Below are positions 63,793 to 64,000 of a stretch of 64,000 nucleotides of DNA, in pieces. The notes beneath the pieces are model-generated. The model saw only the letters and a program-made list of their open reading frames with translations, searched no databases and was not told the origin of the DNA. The position numbers were made by a program, and so were the translations under genes. The DNA lies in assembly GCA_963664015.2 (NCBI GenBank), contig CAXXLF010000002.1:448001-512000 (forward strand), read 5' to 3'. The stretch is from Candidatus Binatia bacterium. Lineage in GTDB: Bacteria; Desulfobacterota; Binatia; UBA9968; CAXXLF01. Each line of letters starts with the position of its first letter. Position 1 is the first letter of the stretch.

Positions 63793-63944
63793 ATGAAGCC
63801 TCCACGGGCTTACCCCCGTGGTATCCTTACTATCTTCGGCGAAATCCGCTGAAGCACCCTCCTACGTTCTCCCAGCTTCGGAGGGTTCGTCCATCGCATT
63901 CGTCCATGGGCTTATGCCCATCATCTTCTGCAAAGGAGAATAAA
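63793..63944 (+). mobile_element. Third copy of the hairpin-ended miniature element
   Basis: atgaagcctccacgggcttacccccgtgg...ccatgggcttatgcccat..tcttctgcaaaggagaataaa. Confidence 0.75.
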
Positions 63945-64000
63945 CGACTTTGCCATAGAACACCATCGTAACCCTTGCCAGCGCCTCATCTGCCATCTAC

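Overview
Bacterial chromosomal window of moderate GC. Gene content and one hypothetical-protein family suggest Binatota or a related deltaproteobacterial lineage, which is an inference. From left to right it holds: a cytochrome c maturation System I operon (ccmABCDEF, a TlpA/CcmG-like gene and a CcmH-TPR fusion); folB-folK; trehalose and glucose genes (beta-PGM/OtsB fusion, decayed GH65, glucose dehydrogenase, GH15); divergent clpB and hsp20; a sigma54-driven Zra-like envelope-stress operon (small exported protein, HtrA, Met-rich sensor kinase, NtrC-type regulator); an orphan EutA-like ATPase plus bicupin pair; a metal-resistance patch (arsC, aquaporin, merF remnant, ctaG, copA); mltA; a sodium:solute symporter pseudogene beside a stand-alone archaeal-type ThrRS editing domain; and a gluconate-2-dehydrogenase-like pair. 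More than ten accessory genes are broken by nonsense codons, slippage frameshifts or deletion fusions, while core genes are intact. The best leads are (1) a DUF411 protein whose conserved Cys codon is an in-frame TGA followed by a SECIS-like hairpin (candidate selenoprotein), (2) the EutA-like/bicupin module without eutBC, (3) the free-standing ThrRS editing domain, and (4) three copies of a hairpin-ended miniature mobile element, one apparently collapsed by recombination between its hairpins. No rRNA, tRNA or CRISPR array was seen. Family assignments come from motif recognition only; no database searches were run.
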